From Octopus sinensis (taxonomy: Eukaryota), in NCBI RefSeq assembly GCF_006345805.1, contig NW_021827321.1, positions 1 through 12,552 of the forward strand: 12,552 bases of DNA. The letters run 5' to 3'. The notes beneath the pieces are model-generated. The model was not told the origin of the DNA and ran no database searches. It worked only from the letters and a program-made list of their open reading frames with translations. The translations under genes and the position numbers were made by a program. This document shows, piece after piece, positions 1 to 8,100 of this stretch (position 1 is its first letter; each line of letters starts with the position of its first letter).

Positions 1-33
1 AAGGGACATAGAGTATGCTGTTCCTATTTCCAG

Positions 34-90
34 CCGACAAATGACCAAGTGCTTTTGTCCGCTGATGATGGCCTAAAGAAGATAATCAGT
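34..90 (+). other. Candidate upstream exon (coding PTNDQVLLSADDGLKKIIS, or 5' UTR)
   Basis: TTCCTATTTCCAG acceptor-like sequence, GTAAGG donor-like sequence at 91, 57 nt open in one frame. No homology recognised. Confidence 0.3.
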
Positions 91-445
91 GTAAGGTTCG
101 TTATTTCTTGTTCTAATCTTTCTCTTAGCTCTCAGAGCAGAACAAAATAGAGCCTCCTGACCAAACACGAAACTACAATGTGCTTTGACTCCCAGCTAAA
201 GTTAGTGACCTTTAATTTCGTGGCAAATATGTTACCACCACCCTCATCCCATGGGAAACGGATAAACACCATGTAATCTTAATCCCCTTACCCTTTAAAT
301 GTACAGCCTTTTGTTTGCTTTACTAAATAAATGCTTTGCTCATTTTTAAAATTGGTTTATTACCAACAGAAAAATTTGTGTAAACAGCAGCAACTGATGG
401 ACTTATTTTTCATGGACAGTTGACCAGTTCTACCGACGACACCAG

Positions 446-447
<2 letters not shown>

Positions 448-528
<81 letters not shown>

Positions 529-578
529 CATACACGCATACACACATATATTAGATATATATACATACATATACATAC

Positions 579-612
<34 letters not shown>

Positions 613-660
613 GTATACACATATACACACACACATTTATATACTTACATACACACATGT
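448..660. repeat. Compound (CA)n/(TA)n/(CATA)n microsatellite
   Basis: Directly visible dinucleotide runs. Confidence 0.95.
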
Positions 661-686
661 ATATGTAGTGACCAAGACACGAGGAA

Positions 687-1147
687 ATGATGTTTTCTGC
701 TGACCAGTTCTTTGATCAATATCAGGAACAGTATATTCTCAATGAGGACGAACACTTGAAACCAAACTACCAAGGGACATTCACGCAGTTTGCTGGACAA
801 CATGCTGGACCAAAACAAAGACTATACAACCATCCAGTTGACCAATCTTCAAACCATACTCGAGGATCTTTCAGATTACACGATGACCAACTCTGTGGAC
901 AAGGGCGTGGACTATGTATGCCCTCTACTTACCAAAATTCAGTGTCCAGTTCTACGCTTTCTACATTACAAGCCTCTGCCCAAGACCAAGGTAGCTATGT
1001 TCTTCCTGATAATCGAAGCTCTGGTCAAGATCAGGAGAGATATTGGGGTGTTGCTGAGCAGCTGTCCGGACAGGGTTCGAGACGGAGCGGAATACAAACT
1101 GACCGTCAAACACAAAAGCAACTCCAGATCACCCACACGCTGCAATG
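687..1147 (+). CDS. RFX6: RFX6-like transcription factor, N-terminal coding exon (Q/S-rich, ends ...ITHTLQ-W); 5' boundary uncertain
   Basis: The ORF from ATG 687 ends CAC ACG CTG CAA TG|GTAAGT (donor at 1148). TG plus the G at 2264 completes the Trp of TLQWLEENY, the start of the RFX DNA-binding domain. In-frame stops at 666-671 mean either ATG 687 is the start or the exon begins at a later acceptor (e.g. AG 706-707). Confidence 0.75.
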
Positions 1148-1154
1148 GTAAGTT

Positions 1155-1322
1155 CTCTCTCTCCCACATACACATACACACAACACATACAACACACACA
1201 GAACATACACACAACACACAACGCACACACACACAAAACACACGCACTCAACACCACACACACACGCACATCGTATATACATGTATACATACATACTTAC
1301 ATACTCCTACATATATACATAC

Positions 1323-1372
<50 letters not shown>

Positions 1373-1510
1373 TGCGTCTCTCTCTCTCTCTGTCTATGTG
1401 TGAGTGTGTGCCTGTACGTGTGTGCATGTTTGCATATGTATATGTCTATATGAGTGTATGTCTGTATTTATATATATATATATATATAATATATATATTT
1501 ATATCGGTTT
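1155..1510. repeat. Degenerate CA/TA/GT/CT microsatellite block
   Basis: Directly visible, immediately after the 1148 donor. Confidence 0.9.
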
Positions 1511-1769
1511 ATTTACCCATCCATACATCCATGCATTCATCTGTCTGTATATCCATACGCATGCACATTATTTGTATTAATTGTATTTAACATTTCTTTG
1601 AGTATCGGCTTACCTAACTTGCTTGTCCTTACATTTCTTCTTTACCTGCTCAAGTTCAAATCTCTTGAGCACTACGAAGTGTATTCGATATAGAGAATAC
1701 CTGTCTCTAATCTATAAACTACATACACACATATATGTACGTAGTGGTAGACTGGGTCTAAAAATATTA

Positions 1770-1782
1770 GTTGCCAGGAGAC
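1770..1782 (+). promoter_or_regulatory. Candidate X-box (RFX binding site) GTTGCC-A-GGAGAC
   Basis: One perfect GTTGCC half-site, a 1-nt spacer and a GGAGAC half-site; fits GYTRYY-N1-3-RRNRAC. Motif match only. Confidence 0.3.
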
Positions 1783-2263
1783 TAAGGGGGCTCACCCACA
1801 ACTACAATGCTACCATTTAATTTTTTCTTTTTTTTCTTAAAAGTATTCTTTTCAGCTGTCTACAAACACAACCAGGCTGAAATAGTTAATGAATTCTTCC
1901 AGGAGTGAATAAAAATCTTGAGGGGATGGGCCCCTTAGATACTAATATATATATATATGTATACATATGCACATATATTTAAAGAAAGATAGTATTGAAG
2001 ATTACAACTAACTTTTGAAAAGCGTCTGTTTGAAAGGTTAAACAACGAAAACGCTTAGTCACAAAATATACACAACACGAAAAACTCCTTCCAAAATGTT
2101 TGTCATATTTTGTTTATTAATTTTTTTTTTGTAGAAAAATCTTAAATAGTAAATAACTTCATTCATTTTTCGGAAATTCTTTAAATGCGACTGTATCAAA
2201 TATTTTTTTGGAAAACCTTTTAAATCTAAATCTTCTCAATTCTCAATGTCTTAACTGAAATAG

Positions 2264-2387
2264 GCTAGAAGAGAACTACGAACGCTGCGACAACGTCTGC
2301 CTCCCCAGGTGTCTACTGTATTCCCACTACCTTCATTTCTGTAAAACAAAATCCTTCAATCCATCCGGTGCCGCCACTTTTGGTAAG
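2264..2387 (+). CDS. RFX6: RFX6-like exon, DNA-binding domain part 1: (W)[41 protein letters not shown]
   Basis: AG acceptor 2262-2263, GTAAGT donor 2388, 124 nt (1 + 41 codons). VCLPRC.LY.HYL.FC...AATFGK matches vertebrate RFX6 as I recall it ([27 protein letters not shown]...AATFGK) better than RFX1-3 or RFX4. Confidence 0.93.
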
Positions 2388-2505
2388 GTAAGTGCTAACC
2401 TTAGATTGCATTTAGCTTCATCAGCAACTTATGCACTCTCAAGAAATGCACACATACATAATACATACATACATACACACACACACACATACCCACACCC
2501 CCTTT

Positions 2506-2638
2506 TCCCAACCACATGTTTTCATGTTTAATCCGCTGCAGTGCACCTTCGGTAAGTCTCTTCTACTATAACCTTGAACCGGCTAAAATCTTGTGAGTGA
2601 ATTTGGTCGATGGCAATCGAAAAATATGCAGTCGTATA
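2506..2638 (+). mobile_element. Degenerate tRNA-derived SINE fragment (same family as 5840-5998 and 12241-12398)
   Basis: CCAACCACATG...CTTCTACTATA...CTTGTGAGTGAATTTGGT...GTCGTATAT is collinear with the reverse complement of the better-preserved copies. Confidence 0.75.
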
Positions 2639-2696
2639 TGTATATAGATCCTGTACCCATATATGCATATATATATTAGAAAAAATAAGGTACTCA

Positions 2697-2789
2697 ATTT
2701 TTTCTTCTTCCTTTCTTCCTTCTTTCTTTCCTCCTCTTTTCTATTGACACTCCTTTCAGATACTCAGACACACACACACACCACACACT

Positions 2790-2827
<38 letters not shown>

Positions 2828-3240
2828 GCTGGACAATGATGATGACTATGATAATAAATCCAGACAATTTTTTTGAAAAATAACTTTTATCAAAACAAAA
2901 CCTATCCTTAGAGTAGCCACCTGGTTTTGTCATTTTTAAAGGCCAAGAATCAGCTCATCACTTTCTATTGAAAGAACTGACCAGCTGTATAGATGTAAAC
3001 ACATTTTTTCTTCTTTCTCTCTTCTTTCTTTCCTTCTCTATTCCATTGACATTCCTTTCTGATACTCAGGCAAACATTCACACATACACACACACACACG
3101 CACAAACACACACTCTCTCTCATTCTCTCCCCATTCCTCACTCTCAAAAAATTTAAATCTGAAGAATCTACTAGAGTAGATGCAAGCGCTAATATATGAT
3201 TTATAAAAACATGTGACATATTAATAAAAATCTGTAAAAG
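2697..3240 (+). mobile_element. Probable old Penelope-like 3' remnant with partial direct (tandem pLTR-like) repeats
   Basis: Direct repeat 2697-~2826 vs 3003-~3130 (shared CTTCTTTCTTTCCT...ATTGACA.TCCTTTC.GATACTCAG + CA/CT tracts). A hammerhead motif follows the second copy. Confidence 0.45.
3153..3197 (+). ncRNA. Minimal type I hammerhead ribozyme motif, canonical CUGAAGA core, A13C defect
   Basis: CTGAAGA 3159-3165; perfect 6-bp stem II ATCTAC/GTAGAT (3166-3171/3176-3181); GCAA in place of GAAA 3182-3185; palindromic AGCGCT stem III; CUA site at 3189-3191; imperfect AU stem I. Confidence 0.7.
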
Positions 3241-3329
3241 TACAACCATCCAGTTTTCTGAGTAACCTTATTTTTTCTAATATATAATACCTGTACATCA
3301 CCTCCAAACCTTCTAATATGTATATATAT

Positions 3330-3365
<36 letters not shown>

Positions 3366-3444
3366 GGTGAAAAGGAACACACGAGGTTGATATATATGAA
3401 AAAAACAGTCAAGATAGAAAATGCTAAAATAATTTTATAAAGAA

Positions 3445-3491
3445 CATTCAGTACCGGTTTCTGTCATTTTGAGACCTTTTCAACTGTAACG
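3445..3491 (-). ncRNA. Minimal type I hammerhead ribozyme motif with U3:A8 core (left arm copy)
   Basis: The minus strand reads CGTTACAG-TTGAAAA-GGTC-TCAAAAT-GACA-GAAA-C-CG-GTA-CTGAATG: stem I CAG/CTG extended by CGTT/AATG, stem II 3 of 4 bp, palindromic ACCGGT, GUA site. Confidence 0.75.
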
Positions 3492-4098
3492 ATTAAATAA
3501 TTAAATTTAGAAAAATTAAAAGAAACGTTTTTTTAAAGGAATATTTGTATAGTGTTCGAATATAAGTGGCATTTTTCTTGTTTCTGCCTTTCTCTGTCTC
3601 TCTTTTTTGTACTTGTGTGTTCCAGGTCGTTGTGAATTCTTCTTAGGGTAGAAGAAGAAGAAGGTTGATGAGGAGAAGGGGTGGAAAAATTTGGGAGTGC
3701 CTTCATTGTCTTATTTTAAATGGTCAGTGACGGTTAGCAGGAGAATATTTCTATTGAAAGGTTTGTTTATGGAATTTGCGTAGGAGTTATACTAAAATGC
3801 ATTAGTGATGGAGTTAAGAAGTAGAAGGTGGAGCAGAAGAAGAAGAAGAAGAAGAAGAAGAAGAAGAAGAAGAAGAAGAAGAAAAGAAGAAGATGACGAT
3901 GTTGATGATGATGATGATGAAGAAGAAGAAGAAGAAGAAGAAGAAGGAGGAGAAGGAGAAGATGATGATGATGGTGATGATGATGACGACGATGATGATA
4001 ATGATGATGATGAAGAAGAAGAGGAAGTAGAAGAAAAAAAAGAGAAGGGTATGTTTTGGAGGATGGTGCCGAAGGCTTCATTGTTGAGAGGGTTATGT

Positions 4099-4860
4099 AC
4101 TATAGTTTCTAATGCAAACACCAGAGACACACGACTACAAGAACTAAAAGATACCCTTATCACCAGGAACTACCCACCTTCACTTATTGACATATGCATT
4201 CAACGTGCCCTTAAACTTAACATCCAGGTACTGAGACATCCCAAATCAAAGAAAAACTTACGACCAAAGGCTTTACCATACATCTCCACACACAACCCTC
4301 TCAACAATGAAGCCTTCGGCACATCCTCCAAAGCATACCCCTCCTAAAAAAAACCACAGAATGAAACACAATCCTCCAAACACACACGATCATAAAAAAG
4401 CAAGAGACAGCCAAAATCTATGAAAAGTCTCCTAACACAAGCCCGAATACCTCTTCAACACAGAAGCCGACAGTAAAAAATGTGGAAGACCCAATTGCGG
4501 GATATACGATTATCTAATTGAGGGATCAGAGTTCTCCTTCAACAGGGACAAACGGTTTACAGTGAATGGCAACTTCACATGTGCTTCGGAGAACCTAATA
4601 TACACACTAACCTGCTCTGGGTGTCAAGAGCAGTACTAGGCCAAACAAAAATATTTGCGTAAAAGAATGGCCCTGCACAGATCCCAGATAAGAATTCCCC
4701 AAACAGAAAATCGCTTTCAGCCAACACATAGATACTTGCGCCAACAACAAAACACCAGGCTTCAGGATTTTCCTCCTGTACCAATTAGGGACGATACAAC
4801 CTCGAGACAACGATAAGTAAAGAAACTCTCTTTATTACAAAATACAGGCCACTTCTTAAC
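4099..4860 (+). pseudogene. Frameshifted Penelope ORF C-terminus: post-RT linker, Cys/His motif and GIY-YIG endonuclease
   Basis: TIVSN...LQELKDTLITRNYPPSLID...LPYISTHNP; SKRQPKSMKSLLTQA; KCGRPNCG; FTCASENLIYTLTCSGCQEQY(I)GQT with a 1-nt deletion at ~4636; terminal KETLFITKYRPLLN. Confidence 0.88.
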
Positions 4861-5667
4861 GGGTCTACGACAACGATTAATACAACCCCAACTTTAGAAT
4901 AACAGAAATACACACGCAGATATTACATTCCAAAGAATCCATCACAAATCAGCCCCAATCACAGCTATAATCCATAACGTGCCAACTTCAAGTCATACAC
5001 ACCCACTACTTCCACTCAATTCATATTCTCCCTTCTCCTTTTTTTCTTCTTCTTCTTCTCTTCTTCTTCTTCTTCTTCTTCTTCTTCTTCTTCTCTTCTT
5101 CTTCTTCTTCTTCACATCATCATTCATCATTATATCATCATCGTCGTCTTCAATCAATCAACCATCATCATCACTTCTCTTCTCCTTCCCCTTCTTCTTC
5201 TTCTTCTTCTTCTTTCTTCTTCTTTTTTCTTCTTCTTCTTCTTCTCTTTCTTCATCCCCCCCTCATCATCATCAGCATCGTCATCTTCTTAGCTTCTTCT
5301 TCTTCTTCTTCTTCCTCTCTTCTTCTTTCTGCTCCACCTTCTACTTCTTACTTCATCACTAATGCATTTTAGTATAACTCCTACGCAAATTCCATAAACA
5401 AACCTTTCAATAGAAATATTCTCCTGCTAACCGTCACTGACCATTCAAAATAAGACAATGAAGGCACTCCCAAATTTTTCCACCCCTTCTCCTCATCAAC
5501 CTTCTTCTTCTACCCTAAGAAAAATTCACAACGACCTGGAAAACCCAAGTGCAAACAAGAGAGACAGAGAAAGGCAGAAACAAGAAAAATGCCACTTATA
5601 TTTGAACACTATACAAATATTCCTTTAAAAACTTTTCTTTTAATTTTTCTAAATTTAATTATTTAAT

Positions 5668-5715
5668 CGTTACAGTTGAAAAGTTCTCAAAATTACCGAA
5701 ACCGGTACTGAAATG
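5668..5715 (+). ncRNA. Minimal type I hammerhead ribozyme motif with U3:A8 core (right arm copy)
   Basis: CAG(5673-5675)-TTGAAAA(5676-5682)-GTTC-TCAAAAT-TACC-GAAA(5698-5701)-C-CG-GTA(5705-5707)-CTG(5708-5710). Stem II keeps only 2 of 4 pairs. Confidence 0.7.
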
Positions 5716-5763
5716 TTCTTTATAAAATTATTTTAGCATTTTCTATCTTGACTTGTTTTTTTC

Positions 5764-5797
5764 TATATATATATATTAATATATATATAATTATATA

Positions 5798-5840
<43 letters not shown>
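5764..5840. repeat. (TA)n microsatellite between the Penelope arm and a SINE
   Basis: Directly visible. Confidence 0.95.
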
Positions 5841-5841
<1 letters not shown>

Positions 5842-5998
5842 GACGGGCTTCTTTCAGTTTTCCGCCGCCAAATCCACTTCTAAGGCTTTGATCGGCCTGA
5901 GACTATAGTAGAAGACACTTGCCCACGGTGCCACGTAGTGGGATTGAACCCGGAACCATGTGGTTGGTAAGCAAACTACTTACCACACAACCACTCCT
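5840..5998 (-). mobile_element. tRNA-derived SINE (octopus-type, CORE-like GCACC.TGGGCAAGTGTCTTC region)
   Basis: The minus strand begins AGGAGTGGTTGTGTGGTAAG (A-box-like) and has GGTTCAATCCC (B-box). Highly similar to 12241-12398. Confidence 0.9.
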
Positions 5999-6078
5999 GT
6001 ACCTATAGTTAATGGTTAATTTTTGAAGATTTCGTACTTGAAATTGAAAACAGAAATATTTATTTTGGTTCTTTGCAG

Positions 6079-6140
6079 ATCATTCGGCAAAAGTTTCCAA
6101 AATTAACGACCAGAAGGTTAGGGACTCGAGGGAAATCAAA
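6079..6140 (+). CDS. RFX6: RFX6-like exon, DNA-binding domain part 2: IIRQKFPKLTTRRLGTRGKS(K)
   Basis: TTCTTTGCAG acceptor, GTAAGT donor 6141, 62 nt, phase 0 in and phase 2 out. Contains the RFX TRRLGTRG.SK wing motif. Confidence 0.95.
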
Positions 6141-6470
6141 GTAAGTCAGTTATTGTCTTAGACAAGTCTTTCTGTTTTATCGCAATTATTGCTAGTTTTA
6201 TTTTAACCCTTTTTCTGTGGAAATCAGGTATATCTATTCAAAATTTCATCACACCTAATGGCAGAAAGTAGTCTTATTTACCAATCTATCTTTTGTTGAG
6301 GAATGTCATGTCTGGAACTATTTTCTGTTGAGTTATGTCATCTTTGTTAAGACAACGTAACTTGCAGGAAATAATTCTGTTCTTTTTTTTTTTCGTGGAT
6401 ACTTTTACATCATTATTCGAATAATCATGAAATTCAATTTCGCAGTTTCAGGGTAAAATGTGGTGGCTTG

Positions 6471-6680
6471 CTAGATTTAATGGGGTGGCGATATAAGTAT
6501 TTAGATTTAATGGGGTGGTGGTGTAAATATCTAGATTTTATGGGGTGGCGATATAAGTATCTAGGTTTAATGAGGTGGTGGTGTGAATATCTAGATTTAA
6601 TGGGGTGGCGATATAAGCATCTAGATTTAATGGGGTGGTGATGTAAGTATCTAAATTTAATGGGGTGGTGATGAAAATAA
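6471..6680 (+). repeat. 30-bp minisatellite, 7 units, consensus CTAGATTTAATGGGGTGGYGRTRTAARTAT
   Basis: Units start at 6471, 6501, 6531, 6561, 6591, 6621 and 6651. Confidence 0.95.
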
Positions 6681-6875
6681 CTGTCGGAATCTAGTCACGT
6701 ATCTTTACCTTCTAAGTTCAAATCCAGGCATGGATCGCATTTATCGTTCCGCACTCTAGGCTCAATTAGATTATATACAAACCATCAACAGATGTCGATC
6801 AGCAGCCATCAACAATTTGGAATATTTAGGTTACTGTTAGAAATCGTTATTTCTGTGTTTCATACAATTATATGT

Positions 6876-6910
<35 letters not shown>

Positions 6911-7074
6911 CACATACACACACAGACACACGTGTCTGTAAGTTTGTCCACTTCACGCCACCGAAAGAAAGTGTTGCATGACACCAGTTTAGTGGCAGAC
7001 GGTTGTTGACAGATCGCAAAGGATTGAAGTAAATACCACAAGGCATCTCAATCGACCCTTTTAAAGTTCCGTCA

Positions 7075-7212
7075 GTCCATACTTCCGAATTGGTTCTTCT
7101 TTATCGGCCCCGAAACAATAATTGACAAACTTGACTTCTGTCAGGATTTGAACTGCAAGCACACAAAACCGAAAGAAATACCGGTCTAATGACCCGGCCG
7201 AGTAATCCGCCT
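7075..7212 (-). mobile_element. Degenerate SINE fragment, same family as 9518-9716
   Basis: TTTATCGGCCCCGAAA...GATTTGAACT...GAAATACCG is collinear with the 9518-9716 copy. Confidence 0.65.
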
Positions 7213-7241
7213 TCTGTGCTATCTGTGAGAACGTGCGTATA

Positions 7242-7288
<47 letters not shown>

Positions 7289-7352
7289 AGAGAGAGAGGG
7301 AATGTGTGTGTTCTTGTTTGCTACTGATGCCAATATGTGGTTGTTTACTTAG

Positions 7353-7430
7353 GTACCATTACTATGGAATTGGAATCAAAGAAAATTCGGTTTATTACCC
7401 GTCAGCACCCACCGGAAAGGGGTTAACGCG
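7353..7430 (+). CDS. RFX6: RFX6-like exon, DNA-binding domain part 3: (K)YHYYGIGIKENSVYYPSAPTGKGLT(R)
   Basis: TTTACTTAG acceptor, GTATGT donor 7431, 78 nt with consistent phases. YHYYGIGIKE and GKGLTR match RFX6. Confidence 0.95.
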
Positions 7431-7437
7431 GTATGTA

Positions 7438-7439
<2 letters not shown>

Positions 7440-7468
<29 letters not shown>

Positions 7469-7705
7469 CTTCTTCTTCTTCTTCTTCTTCTTCTTCTCCT
7501 CCTCCTCCTCTCTCCTCTCTTCTTCTTCTTCCTTCCTCCTCCTTCCTCCTCCTTCGTTCTTCTTCTCTCCTCCTCCTCCTCTCTTTCTTCTCTCTTCTTC
7601 ATCTTCTTCTCTCTCTCTTCTTCTTCTTCTCCTCCTTCTTCTTCCTTCTCCTTCTTTCTCTTCTTCTCCTTCTTCCCCTGCTTCTCTCCCTTCTTCTTCT
7701 TCTAC
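7440..7705. repeat. Compound triplet tract (TTG)n-(TTC)n-(CTC/CTT)n
   Basis: Directly visible; starts 9 nt into the intron after the 7431 donor. Confidence 0.95.
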
Positions 7706-8004
7706 CACTAGTCACACATATTTATGTTTTACATTCAGTTGAATGTGGTACTTAAGTTAAAGGCACCAGAATTTAGTATGGTATCTCTATATATAAAACT
7801 GAGAATGTGTGTGTGTGCATGTCTGTCTATGTGAATCCCTAAAACTTGAGAACTACACAACCAATTTCATTCAAATTTTACACATGCCTTATATATATAT
7901 ATATATATATAGATGTACATGTAATATATACACATATAGATACACATATATACATGTATACATATATACACCAATGCCCCCCCCCCACACACACATACAT
8001 AAGT

Positions 8005-8100
8005 GCAGGTGTGGCTGTGTGGTAACAAACTGGGTTCCAAAATACATGGTCCTGCGTTCAGTCCCACTGTGTGGTAACTTGGCATGTGTCTTCTGTTATA
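8005..8100 (+). mobile_element. SINE 5' (tRNA-like head) fragment inside the Helitron, copy 1
   Basis: GCAGGTGTGGCTGTGTGGTAA...GTTCAGTCCCACTG...TGTCTTCTG resembles the head of the 5840/12241 SINEs. Confidence 0.8.

Larger units (their letters stand above)
3398..5763 (+). mobile_element. 5'-truncated Penelope-like retroelement with inverted terminal arms (left 3398-4098, right ~5030-5763)
   Basis: The arms are reverse complements of each other (e.g. GTCAAGATAGAAAATGCTAAAATAATTTTATAAAGAACA vs TGTTCTTTATAAAATTATTTTAGCATTTTCTATCTTGAC). They enclose a decayed RT-thumb/linker/GIY-YIG ORF and carry hammerhead motifs. Confidence 0.9.

Noticed and set aside
61-67. Isolated CTGATGA (also on the minus strand near 2417-2423)
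   Set aside because: No stem II followed by GAAA downstream.
384-554. Short open stretch (TAATDGLIFHGQLTSSTDDTSSH...) in the same frame as the RFX N-terminal exon
   Set aside because: It runs into (CA)n and stops at 552-554 with no convincing donor, so it cannot be linked to the gene.
430-1590. ORFs rich in VC/HT/YI dipeptides (430-636, 447-632, 966-1247, 1106-1294, 1145-1453, tail of 790-1590)
   Set aside because: Translations of dinucleotide microsatellites; no coding signal.
2005-2062. TTGAAAA...GAAA with AAGCGT/ACGCTT and TGTTT/AAACA pairing, superficially hammerhead-like
   Set aside because: Stems and core motifs are not in an order that gives a three-way junction with a valid core; at most a simple hairpin.
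3767-5362. Poly-R/E/D/S/H/L/F ORFs (3767-4081, 3792-4163, 3805-4347, 4979-5362)
   Set aside because: Triplet repeats in the Penelope arms; only the portions overlapping the decayed Penelope ORF are meaningful.
6471-6680. CRISPR-like array, or reflectin-like peptide (Y/M/W/R/D-rich)
   Set aside because: Units are contiguous with no unique spacers and the DNA is eukaryotic. The peptide lacks the reflectin MD(X)5MD(X)5MD spacing, and there are no splice signals.
7189-7755. 188-aa ORF and overlapping low-complexity ORFs
   Set aside because: Only the 78-nt RFX exon inside is real; the rest is GA and triplet repeat.
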